Shown here piece by piece: positions 22,601 through 37,600 of a DNA stretch of 64,000 bases. Made by a program: the position numbers and the translations under genes. Positions within the stretch are counted from its first letter, which is position 1. Each line of letters starts with the position of its first letter. Origin of the DNA: Laetmonice hystrix (taxonomy: Eukaryota); contig OZ249436.1 in NCBI GenBank assembly GCA_965235115.1, positions 12,464,001 through 12,528,000 on the forward strand, given 5' to 3'. Below the pieces are notes generated by a model. The model worked only from the letters and a program-made list of their open reading frames with translations. It had not been told where the DNA came from and did no database searches.

Positions 22601-25600
22601 TGGCATCAAGATGGCGATAGCCTGGCTGGTTATCTGTCAGCCATTGGTCTATTGCAGTGTCTGGCTCAAAATCCTCAAACTTCGGCCCATCAACTGCCGA
22701 CTCTGCACTGTCAGCACCAACATTACTCTCATGCTCAGATGCTGGCTGCCGGCAACATGTAGGCTTCAGCCCAGCCCCAGGGCCAGGCGCACATCATGAT
22801 AGTCATGTGACATGTACTGATGTAGTCGGACCAATCTATTCAATCTAGTTGCCCGGACCGAAAATCTGGTTGTCCCGGGTGCTCGGTCCCTCGATTTGGC
22901 AGACCCTGATATCACGTAGGCCTACATACTACTGGTTCCCATCCTAATGGATGGGATCTGCATCTACCCAGCCTCTCCCTGAGTGCCTGCCCCTGGCTGC
23001 CGGTAAGACGGGCTATCGAGCGCTGCCACGCCAGCCTCGGCTGCCCTTCAGCTGAAGGCTGCTTGTTGCTGATTGGTCCAAAATCATTTGGGTCATTGAA
23101 CCAGTGATAGGAATCCAATCTCTCTTTAATCGTGACTGAAGACGCAATCAACGAAAAACTTCAAGGGTTATACTGAATTTAGCTTTATTTCTACCGAATT
23201 CAAGAAATATTTTAACGCCAGTTGTTTAATGGGCCGCCTTGGCACCAAGAGCATGGCCATTCTATCATGTATCCGTTCAGCACAGTGTTTTACCGCTAGT
23301 CGCTGTAACGCTATGGAGAAGCGGTGCTCTGGTCATCCCCGTCCGCCTCTGCTGGATAACTGTTATGCCCAGAGGTGTTCGGGTGACACTTGTAGGTGTT
23401 ATTGGTGTGGTAAACCCAGGATTCAGAGTGGAAACACATCAGAAGGACAATAATTATAGCCATTCTCAATGGGTTTATGGGGCGAGGAAAGGGCCATTGT
23501 TGGCAAAAATGTATATTTTGGATTTTTTTTTTCAAAGTGGGAGTGGCAACTCTGGTTCTGGTTGTTTGGGGCCTTGCGACCCTTCCGATCGTCGATGGGA
23601 CTTCCATCCCCTTTTAGATGTGCAAGCCCTGACATCCTGCATGTCACTTGCCAAATTAATGAATGTTTCCATTTGAAACAAAGGGCCACCAGCTTAAATG
23701 TTATGACAGGGACATGCTGGCATGCTGACAGCAGCTGCTTTCAGCAGTCAGCTGTAGGCCTCTGGGTATGAGTTTCGGCTGACAGCAAGAACCAGAAATT
23801 CAGGAATAGCCTAAACATCTGGTGGGAGTTGGTCATACCACAAGTTAGTTTCTATATACAGGGTGTCTGAGAAAACATGCAGGCTTATTGTAAATTGTTT
23901 CTAGTTTAAGGTTAATAGTATGGTTGTGTTTGGAAGATCCTGTTGTCTATAGGGGTGGGAGCTTCTAATTCGACCTCCATCCATTCGTCTGTCCATAGAC
24001 AGCAATGTCTCAGAAGTGTATGAAAATTGTGTGAAACGTTACACAATGATTAGGGATGCGCTGAGGATGATGCTCATCAAATAAAGGGTGGCCATATTTT
24101 TTGGACTCCCATACTAACGCTATTTTGGCTCATATCTTGAAAATGGTGTAAGATAACGTCATAATTATTATTGTTGACACAGGCAGATATAAAGTGATGT
24201 TTGACACCATTGCCTGTGACATAGCATGATGTAAAATGGTCGTGTGATGTCATTGACAAAGCTATATGGTTATATCTGGAGAAAAGGCTATAGTTACTAT
24301 TAAAGCTACAACGTGAAATGTAAGAAAATTTTAGTGATTTTCTAATATTACTTCCTGCATGTTACCATAGACATGTACGAATATTTGCAAAGTCCAATAG
24401 GGACAATACCTGCGTCTTACCTGCAGTACAACCGAAAATCGCGATCAGTTGAAAGAAAAAATGTGCAATGATTCCACCACCATTGGATTTGAACTAGAAG
24501 GGAATTCCCTCACATGACTTTCTACGCAGTGTCTGATGACACAGGGCAACAAGATGGCGTCCTCATCGTCCAGCAAGCCAAATAGCGATCACCCAGCAGA
24601 AGTAGCCCAGACCTAACTTATATTTTATAATACCGTACAACGAAATATCTGTCGTATTCACATTATGTAGACAGAAGGGGGGACAAGTGGGCCTCCAAGG
24701 GTGATATTTTTTGCTGTTCTTTGGGTCGGTGCCATAAGCTGGTCGAAGGCCGGTGAAATGTGTTTGGCAGGTAGGTAGGGAAGGGAGAGGACGGTTTGGA
24801 CATACCGGGAACACGCAAGCAGCAGGGCCGGTGGGCCACATAGGCTGTGTGGTAGCACCGAAGCAATACCGGCATTGTAAGCTGCTCGAAAGCCGAGAAC
24901 TTTATCTTTTGAGGTTGTGCATCTTTTTAATGGCATGTGCCTACAAAGCTATTACAATTACTGAACTACTGCAGGGTCCCACTGGGCTCATGTGGAAGAG
25001 TTTTGGGGGCTGGAGCTCCCCCTAATCTCGATGCCTGTAGTATGTTACTATGTATTAGAAGGGTGCACACACAACTGGGAAATCGGGGGAAAAACCAGAG
25101 AATTGATTACATTTTAAAGTTTCCCGGTCAGGAAAATTCTGACTTATGACTGGGAACTGGGAAGTACACACCCAGGAAGTCTCGAGTCGTGCCTCTGGCT
25201 GCCACGTAGCCCGACTGAGCCAGCCAGATAACTTTCTGATTTCCCTGCCCGATGCAGCAAGGGTTGAGCAAAGAATGCAACTTTTCTGGTTCTCCTGCTC
25301 TTCATGAAAGTGAATGACACAGATTTTTAAGCAATTTGATCTAAGATCATGTTTAGAATCAAGGGCCAGTAGCCTTCCATAAATTATTATTCCATATAAT
25401 TTGAATCAAGTAGCTTATTGTGTTAATGCAGACTAAAAAAAAGTTTGAAACAACGTTTTGAGACAGACGGTTTCATCCCAAAATGTGAGCTTTCAAAGTG
25501 TATGACACCTTTTGTGATGGACATGATCTCAGATGGACATGTAGTACAGATCAGCTTGATTTTGGCTTGGTGAGGGAGCACTGATGGAATGAATCGAATG

Positions 25601-28600
25601 TAACTAGTATGTTTGGGTCTTGCTAGTCCCAACGGCTGTCCGTCTGATTGACGGTCAAGGTAACATTGGTATAATTTGTACAGCAACTACAAGAGAATCC
25701 AGGTGACATTCAGGTGTGCAGCGTGCAGGTATGCATACATCAGGTAGACATGATGTCTGTGTTAAAGAGTGCATGTTGCAACAGATGGCCCACGTACAGC
25801 AGCAGCAGCATCTCTTTCCCTGGTCCTTTACGGCGGTCGTATGTCATAGTGTCTTTGGCCTCCAGGCCTTCCAGCTGCAGTTTGCAGGTAATGGAGAGCA
25901 GTTGAATTAGAGAACTTGTCGGGTGTTAAATCATGAAACTGTCCATGGAGAATAATTAGTCTAAGGTGAGTCAGTTCCAAGACGGTATTGAAAGACATTT
26001 TCAACATTTTGTAGAACTTTGGTTTCTTGAAACTGGCAAGGAAATGTTGCCATCTGCAGGACAAAGAGAATCCGTTTTGCCCTCTGGTGCTCCAACTCAT
26101 TCTTGAGGTGGCTTTGTGACATTGTAGTCTACACAACTGAGAGCAAGACCGCAATATCATACCTAATGTCAAAAGGGACATATCAGATTTTAGTAGTCAT
26201 ATTTACTTGAATTCAGGAATCTGAAACTGCAGAATAAGATTCATCAATAAAAGATGTTAGGATTTTCTGAGAAGAAAATTCAAAATGTTGGAAGTCAGAC
26301 AGGTCTGTGAGCTAAGAACAAGAACAGCCATTCCATGTCGAGAAAGTGTTGAAAGGAATTCTGTTAAAGCAGTTATCAGATTCCCATTGTCTCCAGGCAC
26401 CAGCACAGTGTTCTCCACAGGATGAAATGTCACACCGGCAGTGAGCCGGTGGGGGGGGGGGGGGGGGGGTTCTGTGGGGGGTTCAGGGGCAGCCTGGATT
26501 CCCAGGTTTTTTTTGGAGAAAAAGATTCAATCTAAGGACACTTTAAATGAACAATTTGACTGTGTTACTGCTTCAAAATTGAGCTTTATTTTCACTTAAA
26601 GGTATAGTGTCAATTATTTCATATACCCCCGGTACATTTTACAAATTGGCGAAAATACTGCTTGTATGTAGTCTGGTAATATGTTCCTTATTGGATTTCG
26701 TGAATATTTTTAAAAAATATTTAAAAAACAGTAAATTTGGAATGATGCACATCTTTTTCTAGACCTGCAGCCCACCTACGCAATAGAGTTTTAGCCGGGC
26801 GACTTTACACCCTTTTCACAGAACGCGAGACAATAGCTGCAATCACGTGATCATCTCGCCCGTTGCAACGCTATGTCTGCAGGTCAGACATTCCCGATGG
26901 CGGAAAGCAGTGTTGTTTTTGAGTGTTCCTGACAAGAAATGTGGAATGTGAAGGTGCATAGATTTTGACGAGGTAAGCCTGAAACCAGGCCAAACGTTCA
27001 ACAAGGATGACATATTCCTTTAGTACAGTTTTGTGGGTCCACCACAAATGGTACACCCAACAGATCCGAGGCATGGATGCTCGGTGAAAATGGATACCGG
27101 CAGTAACTTTGGGTACTCAGTACACTGGCCGGAGACAAAAGTACACCGGTGGGCCGCCTGTGTACTTATGTGTGGAGAACACTATCAGCAATATCAGTCT
27201 TAACAGATTTTGTTGTACAGTGAAACGGATAATGTTATTCAGGACAATGCTGGCTTACTAAGAATTAATTGGATGTGAAGAGTGAAGAACATATGGGCCA
27301 TTTTCAGCAAAGTGTGCACATTATAAGTAAAAAGTGTCCATGCCTTTTTTGGTCAACTGCAGCATCATAACATAATTTTTGGGGGAGAAATTAATAAAAA
27401 ATGACTTTTCCACTTAAAAGAAAATTGTTTTATAGTTCCTTGCTATACCAAACACAAATGCCAGATATTAACATGGCAAAAATGTCCATACCGTTACCTG
27501 GCAAAAGTGGAACCTCCATTACAAAACCTTTGCAATGTCGCAATTGGCTTTATTGGTGGAACTATAATCTCTGTTTCCATAATAACAATTACTTAAGCCT
27601 TCACGAAAAGGAATATTTATTACTCTCTTGCGATTATTGCATAATTTTGCTGCCATGGATACTTTGGCCGGAGTTTTGAAAGACCCATGTCTTTACCGTT
27701 ACCATAAACAACAAGCTACAAGATAACTTCACCCAAACTCAACAGATGGTACTGCTACAGTACACAGAACAAGACCAGGATATAAGGAAGCCATATTGTC
27801 TTCAAAGTCAAACTTATGTTTTAAACTGTTGTAAGAATCTGTCAGGTAAGTTTACGTAATCTATTATGTCTCATTAATTAATCGTCTTTACCGTTACCAT
27901 CAATAAATGTATGAAAACTCATAGAATCTTTGTAGCAAACATTTATCAATTAAACAGGTTTTATTGTCCTTATCTGAACAGAAATTTAGGGGGCACATGG
28001 CAAAAAGTCATTTTGTAGAATTCAAAAGGTGTCTTTACCGTTACTGAAATTTGTCTTTACCATTACCTTTCACAGGTAACGGCAGAGACAAGATGGTAAC
28101 GGTGAAGACATAATTAATATAATCCAGATTTTTTTTTAACATTGCTGGACCCTGGATCAGTGTATGATCTTGGAAAACACTGGTGGACTGATAAAGGCAC
28201 ATTAACAAAAAATTTCAAGGTCAAAGGGCAAATTGATTCAGAAGTTTAGAATTTAGGTCTTTTCCATGTGCTAAAAATGTTAAATGAGTAGACCAACAGG
28301 ATTGTTAGAAAGTAATTCTGACTAATTTTCTAGGCTATGAAAAAGTTTGATTCCACTTATTTGGAGGTTTATCATTATCAAATGCTAAATGATAATTTTT
28401 AAAAGTTAGTATTCCCATCTCCAGGTGTAAACAACTTATTCATCGTCATTGTATTTCTGAAATTATAAGAAATGTATATTAATATGTTGTAAAAAAAAAT
28501 TCTAACAAAATATAAAATATCACATGGTGTAACTTTTAAATTTCCTATCTTTTCCAGATTAAAGTTATCCAGGATGCCCTCGTGCCGGTGGTTCAAAACC

Positions 28601-31600
28601 TAAATCAAAAGCAGAAATGATGAGGGTCATGCAGGCGATATTATGCCAGTATGCTCCTTCTATTAATTTTTAATCATTCAGGGAGTCCTGTTATGATTAT
28701 TCCTTTTACCTATTTGTGTTTAAATAAAAAAGTTTTTATAATATTCATGAACTTAGTAGTTAATATTTTATCCAGGTGATGAGAGTAACGGTAAAGACAT
28801 GTCTTTACCGTTACTCAGTAACGGTAAAGACATCTCTTTACCGTTACTGGTTACAGTACATGTTAAGTTTCTTACTGTTTCAATGCAAAGCCTTGGCATC
28901 AATCAACTTGACACAGTATTATATTACCTCTAACAGGTCAGAATAACCTCATAGTTGTTTCATTTGACCTCCCTTCTAGGCCTACTAAAGTTTGTTAACT
29001 TTTTATGGTAACGGTAAAGACACACCTGTCTTTCCTGTTACTATGGTAACGGTAAAGACATCCGTGTAAAACTTAATTTTCAATCTTTATGAAAAATTTG
29101 CAGTTTCCAGTGTTGCAGCTCCGGAGAATCTTATATATCATTGAAAGGAGAGGGATTCACCTGTCTTTGGCCAAAAACAAAATAAGTTTTATTTTTTAAT
29201 TGTCTTTACCGTTACTGGCACGTTTCTGTGAAAATGGCCCATATCCTTCGACTAACCTAAAAAATCTGATCATGATGACTAAGTATTCACTAGTCTGAAA
29301 CTGGTCCGAAACATGTCCGAAACATGAAGAAAACACACTTGCTTACACTATTTCAGTTCTGGACCTCAGAAAGCGCATTGCAGCTCATTCTTGCAGCTCA
29401 TGTGTTAGAAAAACGTGATCTTATTAATGAGTGTCTGTCAGATCATGGTCATTAATGTCATGGATATGTTTGGTAGATTATGGCTCTATGTGTATAATTT
29501 GCATATTTTTGAATCCAGAGGGAAAGTATAAACTCAGCAATTATTGAAGAGTTTGCCAGTTATTTCACACAAGTGTCCAGCCATTACAATTCATTACCTG
29601 ATAAAGTCAGCTTCACAAACTAGTGATGAATACACCCTGTGGAGTACGTCCTGTGGCTGACCATGTGGTTGCAAAATACTTTTTGCGTGATTTTAACCTC
29701 CATAAATGTTTCTTTCATTCTTTCTTTCAAGTATAATACATTGTCGCTTTAAAAAAAAAAAGAGTATTGAGACTCACACAGCACACGTATGATCGTGTTA
29801 ACCCTCAAAAAAGTTGTATTTAAAGCATAATTTCAGAGATATGCTCTGCAGATCTGTGAAAGACCTGAATCTGTGAGAGTAAGTGACCTGCGTTTTTATA
29901 TGTTATGTTGCTTTATGCCGTCTAAAGGTCGTGTTATGTTGTACATAGGATGCAGAAAAAAACAGTATCAATACACAGTTTCCTCTCGGCGTTGATAACA
30001 TTTTTCTTTCTATTGTTTACAGGAGGCAACCAGCAGAAGGCCAGTCATCCAGTTCGTTGGTAACAATGGGGTACGTCTCGTTGATACTAGATAGGATGAG
30101 ACAATAGTATTTAGTACTAATTAATAGAGTTTGTTATGCAAGTAAATGACAGTCATGCAGGATTTCTTCTCCGTGCATGTCGTGCCAACCAGCCACCCAT
30201 GTTTCCCTCAAGGCTAGAGTATAAATTGTGTCTTCGTGTCAAGGACATCTTTTAGCAGGAACCGGTGGTCCTAGAAAATGGGAAAGATACTAGTAGTTGA
30301 TAATTTGATTATTGATATATTCATGTATGTAATATCGCAGAACACAAATGCCGACAGTTACTTCATCCAGAACATGAGGAAATTGGATTCAGCAAATGAA
30401 AAGTCAATTATTTTTTCCCAGAGGTTATTATTTTTTGTTCCTCAAGTATCGTGTCTGCAGACAAGTGATTAATTCATGGGTTAAGTGTTCCGTCAAGTCT
30501 TGGCACTGCCTCAAGAAATGGAGTTTTTATATTAGCCAAAATATAAAATCTTTCCTGGACAGGGATCTCTCTAGGATAGAAATAAAGTGGTCTTGCAATT
30601 TTTTTTTTAAGGACCTCCTTTCCGTTTGACTGGACCACCTGTAGCACAGGGGAAAACTCGAAAAATAACGATGATAATCAATTTCAAGTTAGAAATTTTG
30701 TTTTAAAGGACTAATTTTGGTAGAGTGTTGCTTGCTCTGAGTAGGATTCTGTAAAATATTGCACACAGCTTAATTAGATGGCATAGGTCTACAGTTATGC
30801 AAAGTGGAGAAAGAAAAGCAAGAAATATATGCCATTCCAAGGTATGAAATATTGGCAAATACCATAAATTCACATGCCTCCACCCACTCCAAAAAGGGGG
30901 GGGGGGGGGGAACTGCGTCCCCTCATCATTTTAACAATGCAATGTAGACGTGAACCAAATAGTTAACTTTTCTTGGCCTAAGGTAACTTTTTGAAGCCCA
31001 GTATTAGGAAAGACATTTATTGGGCAATTACCGGGTACATTTTTCTGGGCTTGCGCTGGGATTTAAAAGGTTGTAGCCACTGTGGCTAATTTGATCATAA
31101 ATGTGTTCGGCTGCCTGATAAAAAATATTTCATTCAAATCTGATGAGGGTGCATTGAGAAATGTGTTGTGACCCCTAAAAAGACCGAATTTTGCATGATA
31201 ATTTTGACTGACTTGAGCGTCGCCCATACTCTCGCGCCTTTATTATCCCACATTAATTTCAAGTGGCATAGTATTGAGCTTGCTAATGGAATCATATCAC
31301 GCATAAACTAGCTTGGGATGTTGAGGGCGCAGTCCAGAAATGCCTCAAATATAACCGTGAATTCAGCAAAAAGTAGCGTTTTGCAGTACCCCCTATAGGT
31401 GGCGCCCTCAACTGCCCACCAAAATTTTGCAATTTTCTGGAACTTCTTCCATTATAGATTGACATCAATCAAAATAAAGCTGGGCAATCATTGGCGCATT
31501 GAGATATTTCAATTTCAAAAGCTAATTTTGTAAGAAGTCAAATTTTGGCCCTCAAAACACTGACCCTTCTAGAGGCCCTAGAAAAAAAACCGTTGGGTTT

Positions 31601-34600
31601 AGGGATCTCGAAATTTTTCGATCTACCAATAGGCCTTCCATCAAAAACAAATTCAGGCAAATCTGAAAGGGTCATATATCACCCTCCAATGGTAATCCGC
31701 CTGAATCTTAAAAAAATCTACTCTTAAACCATCTGTCATTTGTTGTCATTTGTTATTTTTGTTAGTGTAAATTCTGACTGTTAATATGAATACGTAGGAG
31801 TAATATTGATAACAATGATGTCTAGTTTGCTTAATGTATGAGTTCTAATGTTCGTTTGCGAAATATACAAGTCGACACGACTTCTTTTTCGCCACTGTAT
31901 TTGTCCAAACATGTATGTATAAATTCAAACTATATAGAAAAAATAAACTTCAACTTCAACTTCAACGTCAGTTAGGACATATGTGACCTCTCACCACAAA
32001 ACCAGGCATAAGTCGCAATGAGTCATTTTGTGCTAGCTCAAAACGTTTCAGAACTGCATTTATGGTCGATTGTGAGATTCTGTCATCATTCGATGGTAAA
32101 ACTTCTTTACTTTCAGACTCTGTCCAAAACATGTGAAAAATCATAACTCGAGTTATGTTCAACATAGAGAGATAATCTTTACACCATTGGAAAGCTGCGA
32201 ACCTGTACAGTACTTTAAGACGACACCAATAACTCAGATTTCATGATTTCCGACTTACTCCTGGTTTTGTGGTGAGAGGTCACATATAATTGATATGGTT
32301 GAGACAGGGATACTGCCTGGTGGTATCATAGGGTGTACAGTCAGACGCCCTGAGTGTATTTTAACTATCAAGGTTCTTATTCTAGCTGCCGGCAATGTGA
32401 TGAATGTTGATTCATTAAGTGACTGGCCTTTGCATGGAATAAATTTTAGGATCATATACAGCATATACATGTATAGCAAGTACAGTAGTAGTGCAGTAAT
32501 GATATTGCACTCATGAACCAGCATATGGACTCACAGTGTGTTACCGGTAGTTAATATACAGTGTATTGCACATATAACGTTGAGATAAGGTATTCATTTT
32601 ACAGCAGATAACCAATTCAGAAGAATTGAAGTTAGAAACTTAGATGCATGATAAATAAATAAAGCTTATGTCAAACATTTTTTCCTTTACCAGATCATCA
32701 CAGTTCCAATTAAGAAGTCCTCTGACAATCCAGATGGGTTACGAAAGTTCCAGTTCTCACTGTCTACCAACCAGACTGACCCCAACGGTAGCTTTGACTG
32801 CATCCAGCAGCCCAACCGGTAAGTAGTTGCAAGGAACCTTTAATTAAGATCACATTTACAGTATGTGTTATTTGTTATGGTGTTCTGTATTATATCATTA
32901 TTTCTTGGCAGAGTGGAATAAGAAAATGCATTGCACTTTGGAAATTAAGATGTAGAGTGCCATATCAATGTTCAAAGGGCAATAATAGCGAGTATCGCAC
33001 AGAATTCCCTTTTTCAGGCTCAGGATCTGGGAAATTTCCTGTTTTTGCAATTAATTTAATATTGATATGTCAGGGATGTGCCCAGAAAGAATTGCCGGAC
33101 TGGAAGGAATGTAATTTTAGTATGTGAATTTATATTCAATTTATAAATTGAATTTATTTGCTTGAAATATACTCCTGAGTCAGTGCCTTTGGGCATTGCA
33201 ACCCAAAGATAAGGAATATACAGGGTTTCTAGATGAAGGTAGGTCTTCTTTGAGCCTTAAGTACCGGTAGCTCTCAAGGGCTGACTACAAGGAGTAAGTG
33301 TAACCCAGTAAAACAGAATAATTTGATTCTCAAAACCTCCTCTGGCAGTATTCATGATCTTTGGTGTAATCAAGACTGGCTCTGAGTGAGACGGTGGTGT
33401 GTTGTCATGATCATATAGAGCAGAACGTCCAGTCCTGATGACCCTGTTCCATAGACATGAGAGTGGAAGTAATGTAACACAACTTGACATCCGGTGATTT
33501 ATAATAATTTTTAAAGAATTGATTTATACCTCCTGTTTATTGAGTTAAGGAAGAATGCATGGCTTTTTGACAGGGCAGTTTGACCTGTAACTCAAACTTG
33601 AAGTGAGACAAGGTCAGTCCGCTGTATCTTGCTCTGTTTTCTCTAGCTCGACCTCGAAACTATGTTAGACTCTTCATTCTCAGTCTTGATAGTGACATTA
33701 ATCTTGAGCTTATGTGATTGTGAGAGTGATTGACATGAAGATGGTTTATTTTGAAACAGCTTGAGTGGGTTGACACTTTAGGGTGCAGTTTATTCAATCA
33801 CACATTGAGGTTGACAGTACTAGTGGACTTGGCCATGATTGTTCCAAGGGGTGGCGAGGTGGAAAGTCGGCTGTAGATTCAATTCTACATGAGACATGAC
33901 GAGGAGTACTATTTATACGCTGTTTCAAGCATAGTCTGTGACTGGGCACATGTTGGTAGTCCATACAGTCCAATAAGTTGCTAAAAAGCCAAGAGCTTGC
34001 AGACGAGACTAATCCTTGTCCAAAAAAAATGATGTATCACCCAAATGTTTCATTGTATTACCCTAAGACATTAGTTCATAGTAGAACTACCCACAGGGTT
34101 CCAGGGCTCTTTCAGCCATGAAAAGTAAACTAAATGTTTCCAAGTAAAGTGCGAAGGCAGATCCAGAATGATAAGTTGGTAGTGACAGATAAGGAACCAC
34201 TGAGTTGAGCCAAGTTCAAGTGATGAATGAAGAGGTTCAGTGAGCACCATGATGGTTAGATAAGAGGGGTTGGTTTTCTGTTTTCCCAAACTGTTGACAT
34301 TATACTGAGGTAAAGTTTAGATATGTACAAAGAAGTGCAAACATAATACCAGGATGTATTCCAAGAATTGACGTGATCTGAACGAACATAGATCTTGATA
34401 ACTGTCAGGAGTACATGAAGCCTCTGTAGTTTTCGTGTATAGAATTCTAAGTTTAATTTGTTTTTTTTGGTCCTACGTAGTGGACAGTTGTGTGAGGGTT
34501 ATTTGACCATGCAATTTTCTAAAAATACAAATCTTTGTATTTTATGTCGATTGAGGACTTACATGTGTATGCCTCATGTTGTTCTTGTAAACCATTATTA

Positions 34601-37600
34601 TTCTAGCTCTACCTGCCACTGAGAATGGTTAAAGTCTAGTATTATTGTAACGTTTAGGGCAAATGGCCATCTAAAAATTATTGGTTTCATTAACAGTACA
34701 CTGAGTAATAGTGCAGTGCTGAAGGTTAGGTTCACACAGGGGACAATAAATGTACAGGTACATCTATAAGCACCTTGTGTAATAATATTGTATTCGGTAT
34801 TGAGGTCATGTTTGGATTTAGCCAAGAATCTAAAACGATATCTGACACAAATAATGCAAGATAGCTAGCTAAAAAAAATTGTGTCCAGCGATAATTTCAA
34901 CTGATCAGTAAAGTTCCCTTGGGGGACTTCCCTTCAGGAGAAATCCTTAAATTTAGATGGAAAACTAGGAATGAATTTTGGAAATAAATTAAGGCAGTCA
35001 AAATTTCATTTTGGGGCCTGCTCTCTCTGACCTAGGAAATAACACCTTCGTGTGGGTTGGGCAGAGAGGTTGCCAGCAAATTTGTAGTAAGTTACTGGTC
35101 AGTCTGCAGTCCATACAGTACCTCAAGATAGACATTGATATGCTGCATACAGGAGAAAACGTTTTTATTTTTAACTGCTAGAATACGAAGATTATGCATA
35201 CTTAGCGAGTTAGGGTAGATGTAGAAAAAGCTTCAAAATGGGCAAAGAACCAATACTGATAGATAGCAACTAACATTACAAGATTTACTTGGCAAAGCCT
35301 CAAGCAAATGTGCCTCATCAGTGACCTTTAAAAGATCAAATTATTGCAGCATAGAAACATAATCACCGCTGTTCATGTAATCACTACCGTTATTACCATC
35401 CATGGAAGGCCATTAATGCATCCAGGAGAATTCTTTGGCACTGTATGCTTGAAAGTCATTTTAGGTTGAATCGAGGTCAGAGACGTTATGCTTAGAAAAA
35501 ACGAAGCAGTATTTGGGACGTGATGCTTTTAAGTTTTATTGTGACTATATCCATCTCGACACCTTTTTCAAAGAATGATGCCTTTTTTTATTTGATTTAA
35601 GAACCCTCTCAGTGTTATTCACTTGGGAATTATATTAGGGATATCATAGAAATATTTCATTGTGGAATATCTCTTTGAAAAGGGAAATGTGTTACAGAAT
35701 AGCATGCAGTCATGTGATTTTTTTGTAGTCTAGATGCTCGATACAATGGTGACAGATGCCAGTCCTGTGGGACGCAGGCACCATGTAGAAGTACATGTAC
35801 ACAGAAAGGTAGAGGGGGCATAGGAGGGTTTAATTAGGACTGTTTGGTGAAGAGGCAGTAAACTGCATGTTCCAAATAGTTAACAAGATTGCCCATAACA
35901 CAGATAGAACTAGGTACACAAGTCAGTACAGCCTTTAATCTGAATATACGGTGAACATTTGCAAAGTATATATGAACAAAAAAATTTAAAAAGGAGTAAA
36001 TCCCAGCTGGTCGAGAATTTGCATTGAATCTTTCTGTCAGTAGAACAGCTCCACTAGAACCTGCATTGAAGTTCAGAAGGTGTGATAAGAGTTTGGCCGA
36101 TTGCCCTGGAAATCTCGCCAGGAGTGTAAGGCCTCAACAGTGTTTGACCCTTTGACTGAATGATCTTCATCTACTGTAACTAAACCCTGACAGTAGGCTG
36201 GTCTCTAACTGCCACAAAGTTCTACAGTGGAATAAAGTGGAATTCTTCCTGAACTGAGCAACCAAAATTCTTTGACATTACCATAATTTATTCTTTTTAT
36301 GTTATGTGCAGGTATATAGGCTTGTAGGAACGTGCTGAGTAAGACCTTTTTAGAATTGTACAGTACATGTACATGTAGTTAATTATTTTTTGGGAAAACA
36401 AAGTTGTGTAAGATTATTATTTTATTTCTTTTTTTTTTAACTGTAACCAATTAGATGTGGAGCTTTGTCCTCCAAGCTTTTAACCCTCCCACACTAACTG
36501 GAAAAGCTTCATTTCATATCAAGGGCTTTGTCACGGGAATTTTGTAAGCTCGCTGTGGTAAAATAAACTAGATGGAATCTGGTAAACCACTCAAACTGAC
36601 CCACATAGCTACAGTGAGACAGACCCTGTAAAAAAGAGCCGAGACAAGGGCCTGAAAAGGATGATATTGTTTTGTAATTGTTCTTTAACAGCAAGCACTG
36701 TTTGAACCAAGAGCCATTTGCACTAGGGCAAGATTTTTTGTGTCATCGCAAGCTCAGTATTACACAGTAGTATGAGCAGCACACAGAAATATACAACAGT
36801 TTAGGCTCACCTTTTTTCAGCATTGTATACATCACTCTTGAAAGCTTGGTATTGAGTAGCCTAATGAGAGCAGATCGTTACAAATTAGCATAAATTGACG
36901 CAAATGAATACATTTTTAACACTTTTTGTCTGACAATTTGGATACTTTTTTCATGAAAGATTCTATACTTTTTAGTCAAACCCAGAGAGGCAGCACTGAA
37001 TTAATGTTGCATGGTATTTTCAGTATATTAACTTATTATGACCTCACCGTCTATAGCACATTCCCTGAATTGCGATAGCTTTGAAAGAGTCTGTTCTGAT
37101 AAAATGCAGGTCAAAATGAGATGCCATGATAAGTTACATAAACTTTTGCAATATGCTTTTAATGTATGCTTGTCTCATCCCAAGTCATAGCAAAAAAATG
37201 TTGAGACTGCCGTAAATAGTTCTAACTTTGACATGTTAGATAAAATAAAGCCTCTTCATCCCATAAGGGAAACGTGCAGACATGCTATGAAAAGGACTGG
37301 GACTGAATGACCAAGATCATTTGAAATTCTGATCATCAGAAGTGTGTTGAATAAATCGGTCATTGTCCTTATTAAAGACTAATTAATGTTGGCTTTATGG
37401 GTGCAAGCATTGTTCTAGCACGGTCAGGTGATGGTCTGGTGACCATCTCAATAGGGGACAGCCAGATATAGACTAGACACGAGCCCGCCCGTCCTGGCCG
37501 AGTCATACGTTGGTGATGACCGGGAGGCAGGCAGGCCGGCAGGGGCACGGCGGATGGCTGCGTGATGCCTGCTCCTCCCGGTGTACCCGGGAGGGAGCCT

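Larger units (their letters stand above)
21881..22908. mobile_element. hAT-like MITE with 5-bp TSD (outer element of a nest)
   Basis: TIR CAGGGTCTGCCAAATC / GATTTGGCAGACCCTG flanked by ATATC on both sides. Confidence 0.88.

Noticed and set aside
24300..24930. Possible Kolobok-like element (TTAA-AGCTACAAC ... GTTGTGCATCTT-TTAA)
   Set aside because: Ends are too degenerate to call with confidence by eye.
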